Shown here one piece after another: positions 60,021 to 64,000 of a stretch of 64,000 nt of DNA. The stretch is taken from contig LSRY02000014.1 of NCBI GenBank assembly GCA_001643675.2, positions 806,001-870,000 of the forward strand, given 5' to 3'. The DNA is from Monocercomonoides exilis PA203 (Eukaryota; Protista; Preaxostyla). Below the pieces are notes generated by a model. That model saw nothing but the letters and a program-made list of their open reading frames with translations, was not told the origin of the DNA and did no database searches. Every line of letters starts with the position of its first letter. Position 1 is the stretch's first letter. The position numbers and the translations under genes were made by a program.

Positions 60021-63000
60021 TTAAGTCAGCTCCTCTTTTTTATCATCCGATATATTTTGAAAATGAGGTGAAGCAATGCCTATTGCAGAACTTATAAGCA
60101 TTAAGCAATGTTCAAACTTGCTTTGGAGCTTAGGTCCACAAAGTGTCGATTTTTCAACATCAATCATCAATTTTGCAGCAGACATGATTTCTTTTAACAG
60201 TGTAAATATTTGAGTCAAAATTTGAACAAGATCACATTCCAATATAGAGTTTTTCTCGATTATCTTGCTAATAGAGTATTTCTGTGCAAGCATCGAAACA
60301 GCATTCACAACCCTTTTGTCCGGCGGTAACAATAAATCTTCCCATTCTTTTTCTGTTTGCTTTGAATATGGATTAACTTGAGATGAAATTGATGTTAAAA
60401 GGGATGGGTTGAAAGATAATTCAGTTGAAGAAGAAGAAGAAGAAGAAGAAGAAGAACGCAATGATGCAGAAGCAGAAGAAGATGATGGATTTGTTGAAGC
60501 GCTAATCAACGGTTGCTGACCATACAGTGGAAACGATGATGATGCAGGAGAGACAGACGAAGTAACAGGAATCCTATCACTGATTTGAGGATCTGTGAAT
60601 GCATTCTTCGTTTCTTCACACACAGCCACGATGCCATCAATCACTGTCTTCAGCTTCTGAAGAGGAGCAACCATCTCTTCATTCACTTCGACAGTCTCTG
60701 TCACTTCTGTTTTTGCTTTCACGTCTGATGATTGAGAGTGGAGCGTTGGATGCACAATCGCCCCGAGCATTCCCAAAAGCTGAACTTCGCTCAGACAGTC
60801 AAAAACACCGCTGGAAAGAAGCTCTGCCACAAGAATGCAGTTGGCTGAGTGAATGAAACAGGCACACTTTCCTTTCAGCGAAAGAGCGTGATCCTCTTCA
60901 ACAAGCCCCATCTTCTGCAGGATCAGCATTTTCCTCTTTATTTTTGCGACTTCAGAGCGGATCGGTGTGTTAGTCGATTCATGTGTCAACCTGGCCATTT
61001 CACACTCCAGCCACATTTTGTGCTGATACTTCATGATCCTCTCCTTCATCCCTTCCTGATGAATGCACGTCCTCAGACTCAGCTGTTTCTCCAGTGAAAT
61101 AATATGCTGCGTCAGCTTGTGGAATGCTGGGTCGCGTATCTTCATGTCCTCCACAGGGTCCAATAGAGGAATCCCTTCTGGAAAATTCTGCAGTGTTGCA
61201 GCAAGCACATTGCTTAATGTAGAGAGAGAATTTGCACTGCTGATGTCCATTGGAACAGAAAGGCGCAGTGAAGAAAGAGCAGAAAGTGATGTCAATGCGA
61301 CATCAGCCAGCTCAAAGTTTACGCCTTCCGCTTCTTCGTCAGCAGAATTAGTGCAACTTGCATTGCTTTGTGCAGATGAACTCGATATGCTGTCTGCTGT
61401 GTGTGCCTCTTCTTCAGGCTTTTCTCTAACGTTTTGTTTGTCTTCTGACTGAAGAAGCACATTCACCATGTAAACGACATCATCAACATCTTCTTCTTCC
61501 TTCTCCTCCTCCAATTCCTCTGATCCTATTGATCCTATTGATCCTTCTGTAACTTCTTTCTCCTTCAAACACTGAGGCAGCATGCACTCAAACTCCATCA
61601 GCACCAGATCAGCATTTCTGATGCGTGCTCTCTCTCTCAGCTGCTCACCAGCTAGACGCGGAAGCTTCTTCTTTCCCAGCGACAGCACAACCCCCCAGCC
61701 AAAGTCGTGTCTGCCTTCTTTGACGCGGACAAGCCTGCCTGGCTGCAGAAATGGAAGAGAGTAAGAAGGGTGCATCATCACCCCCAAGAACGCCTCTCGC
61801 AGCCGAAGGAGCAGAGAAAAGCATTCACAGCACTCCTTTGCCTCGTCTTCATTCTCAATCGTAATTGAATCGTGCTCAGATTGCAGGGACGATAAATCTT
61901 ATGTTTTGTTTAATTATTTTATTATTTTTCAGAATGAAAGTTAGAAATTCATTTGTAATGAACAGCAATATGCAAACATTCAAATAGAATCAAAAAAGAA
62001 AAGTTAAAGAAAAGTGTTTTGTTAGCTCACAAATATAAGGAAGGAATATAAAAACCTTTTTGCAATTGAGAAACTTGATTTTCTATTTGATGGTTCAGAA
62101 ACGTGTCCTTGATAAACTCCTCCGGCTCAACATTTTGTGTTGCATAAAGATTAAGAAGTTCATCAAACTTCATTGAAAATTGTGAATGATATTCTATTTG
62201 TTGATTCTAACCAGTCATTGTTTGTGTGATTGTTATTTTGATTGAGTGTTTCCGGTGCAAATAAACACGAAATTAAAAATAATCAAATTTTATTACTACA
62301 AAATAATTACTTCAAATGCAAACATTTATAATGTTGAAGATTCTTTCATCGCTAATGGAGCTATTAATTACAGAAACAACAACTCCGCTTTTGTCGATGT
62401 TGTGTCTTCCTGCACAGCTGCATAAACACGAATATGCAGCATGTGTCATCTTAAAATGTAGGGAAAAAAAAGAAAATTTTGAAAAAAAAAAAAGAAGTAA
62501 ATTAAATTTTTTCAAAAATCAATAATTACCAACTAAAATATGTTTTAAAAACAAAAAAGCAATTTCAAAAAATAATTAAATAAATAAATAAAACATTTAC
62601 ATATGCTTGTTTGCAACTGCTTCCTTTTCTCTTTCTCTCTTTATTCAAACCCATTGCTCTTTTCCTGCCTCTTCTGATTTTAGCGAAGAGATCAGAATCG
62701 ATCTTGCTGCCGTTCCCAGTTCTTCTGCCACTTCCTCTGTTGCCACAAGAACTTTCAGTAAGCCTTGTTGAAAGAGACGATAAACAACTTCCTTCAAAAC
62801 AGGCAGCATCCCGTTGTAATACACTCCTACTCCACTCAGCAGAGTCTGCAGCATTTCGCGTACTTGGGGCATTTGCTTGTCTTGTTCGTTCATTTGACCA
62901 ATTGCATTGTCAAATGCAGTTTGAATGATATTTCGTTGCTTTTCAACTGAACAAAAAAATAATGTTTGTTGAATTTTGATGGAAAAAGTTAATCTATCAA

Positions 63001-64000
63001 TAATGAAAAAAAACGATATCTCACTTTTGCACACCATTATCTGGATCGCATGTTCCGAAGAAATTTTCATTTTTTAGCATGCAAGCAATATTTCCTGCTG
63101 CAGCACAATTTGAACAGAAAACAATACATGGATCTAAGTTGCGCTTGATGATATATTTGACTGGCTTGCTCAAGTTTGCACACATCAACGTTGATTTACC
63201 GCAAAGTTCAGTTTTGCCATCAGAAACCTGAATGTCGTCTTCCAATTGATTCAAAAAGCTGACAGCAGTCTTGCATGATTCAGCATGAAATTTATCTTCT
63301 CCGTCAAGTGCTAAATAAAATCCGTTTGCACCTATGATAAATCGAGGAGCAAGCAAATAAATAGCAAAATTATTCGTGCCATTAATAAAGATCTGTTAAA
63401 TTTCTTGTTTCTAATGAAGGGCACACCCACTGGGAATAAAAAATGTTCGAGAGGAGCCGATCTATAATTTGAATATATGATGTTGCATGGCTGTGACTTT
63501 AGTAAAACAATCCATTCAGCAATTTCTCGTGTATTGCTTATTGGATGTATTAATAATAATAATTTTATTGTGGAAGGTAGTAGCATTGTTATAAACTCCC
63601 AGCAATAATTGTTTTGCTCGTTATTATAAAAATTTGTTTCATCGAAAATAACTCTATCAATTTCGTTCAAAATACATGATTGATGGAAAAGAAGGTCCAA
63701 AAAATGCTTGCTTGTTGTAACAAGACATTTTGATTCAGGAGAAATAGATGTGGATTCTGTTATTAAGCCTGAAGATGTTGAATTTTCATTCAGTTCATAA
63801 AAAGTCCGTATTGCAAGCTCGTTCAATGCAGAAACAAATATGACTTTCTTATCTTCTTTAATGCTCAAAGATATGGCATGCTTGTATATCATGCTTTTTG
63901 CAGAATATGTGGGAAATGAAATTATTACAGATTCATCTAAAATTTTACAATATTTTTTAAAGACACGTATAAATATTAGAATAAAAGTTGTAAATAGCCT
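60021..64000 (-). CDS. Mtr4/Ski2-family helicase-like protein with degenerate catalytic motifs (5' end outside the window)
   Basis: Mtr4-type KOW/arch PFLQPGRLVRVK..FGWGVV and PEGIPLLDPVEDMKI, plus W..L..QPCNIIYSNYRSAPLEHFLFP, GMLPVLKEVV..LFQQGLLKVLVATE and LKGKCACFI..ILVAELL. Confidence 0.85.

Noticed and set aside
1-64000. tRNA, rRNA, CRISPR arrays, telomeric repeats, LTR/RT elements
   Set aside because: None recognised by eye; the repeats seen are coding microsatellites or TIR elements.

Overview
AT-rich, intron-containing, gene-dense eukaryotic DNA in the standard genetic code. The short introns and Ser/Glu low-complexity proteins resemble an anaerobic metamonad such as the oxymonad Monocercomonoides; that assignment is inference only. 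I can support about 13 spliced or single-exon genes: a calcineurin-like metallophosphoesterase (partial), an inositol polyphosphate kinase, a MINDY4-like protein, a serpin, eIF6 and NOP56 (divergent pair), a ~5,700-aa WDR7-like protein, a Pho80/Pcl-type cyclin, an unknown helical protein, a 2,816-aa coiled-coil protein, Raptor, an ASF1-like protein and an Mtr4-like protein (partial). There is also a transposon graveyard at ~10.4-13.3 kb holding a PIF/Harbinger-IS5-type transposase pseudogene and a pogo-like remnant. The main non-obvious signals are: (1) a 257-258 bp MITE family with three copies, GGG..CCC termini and 4-bp target duplications, one copy nested in the transposase where precise removal restores the frame; (2) probable pseudoenzymes (MINDY4 Cys-to-Ser, and Mtr4 with eroded helicase motifs); (3) a 5' splice-site consensus dominated by GT(T/G)TG; (4) extreme low-complexity inflation of WDR7. 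Exon boundaries were inferred by eye from reading-frame continuity, and family assignments come from recalled motifs, not database searches.
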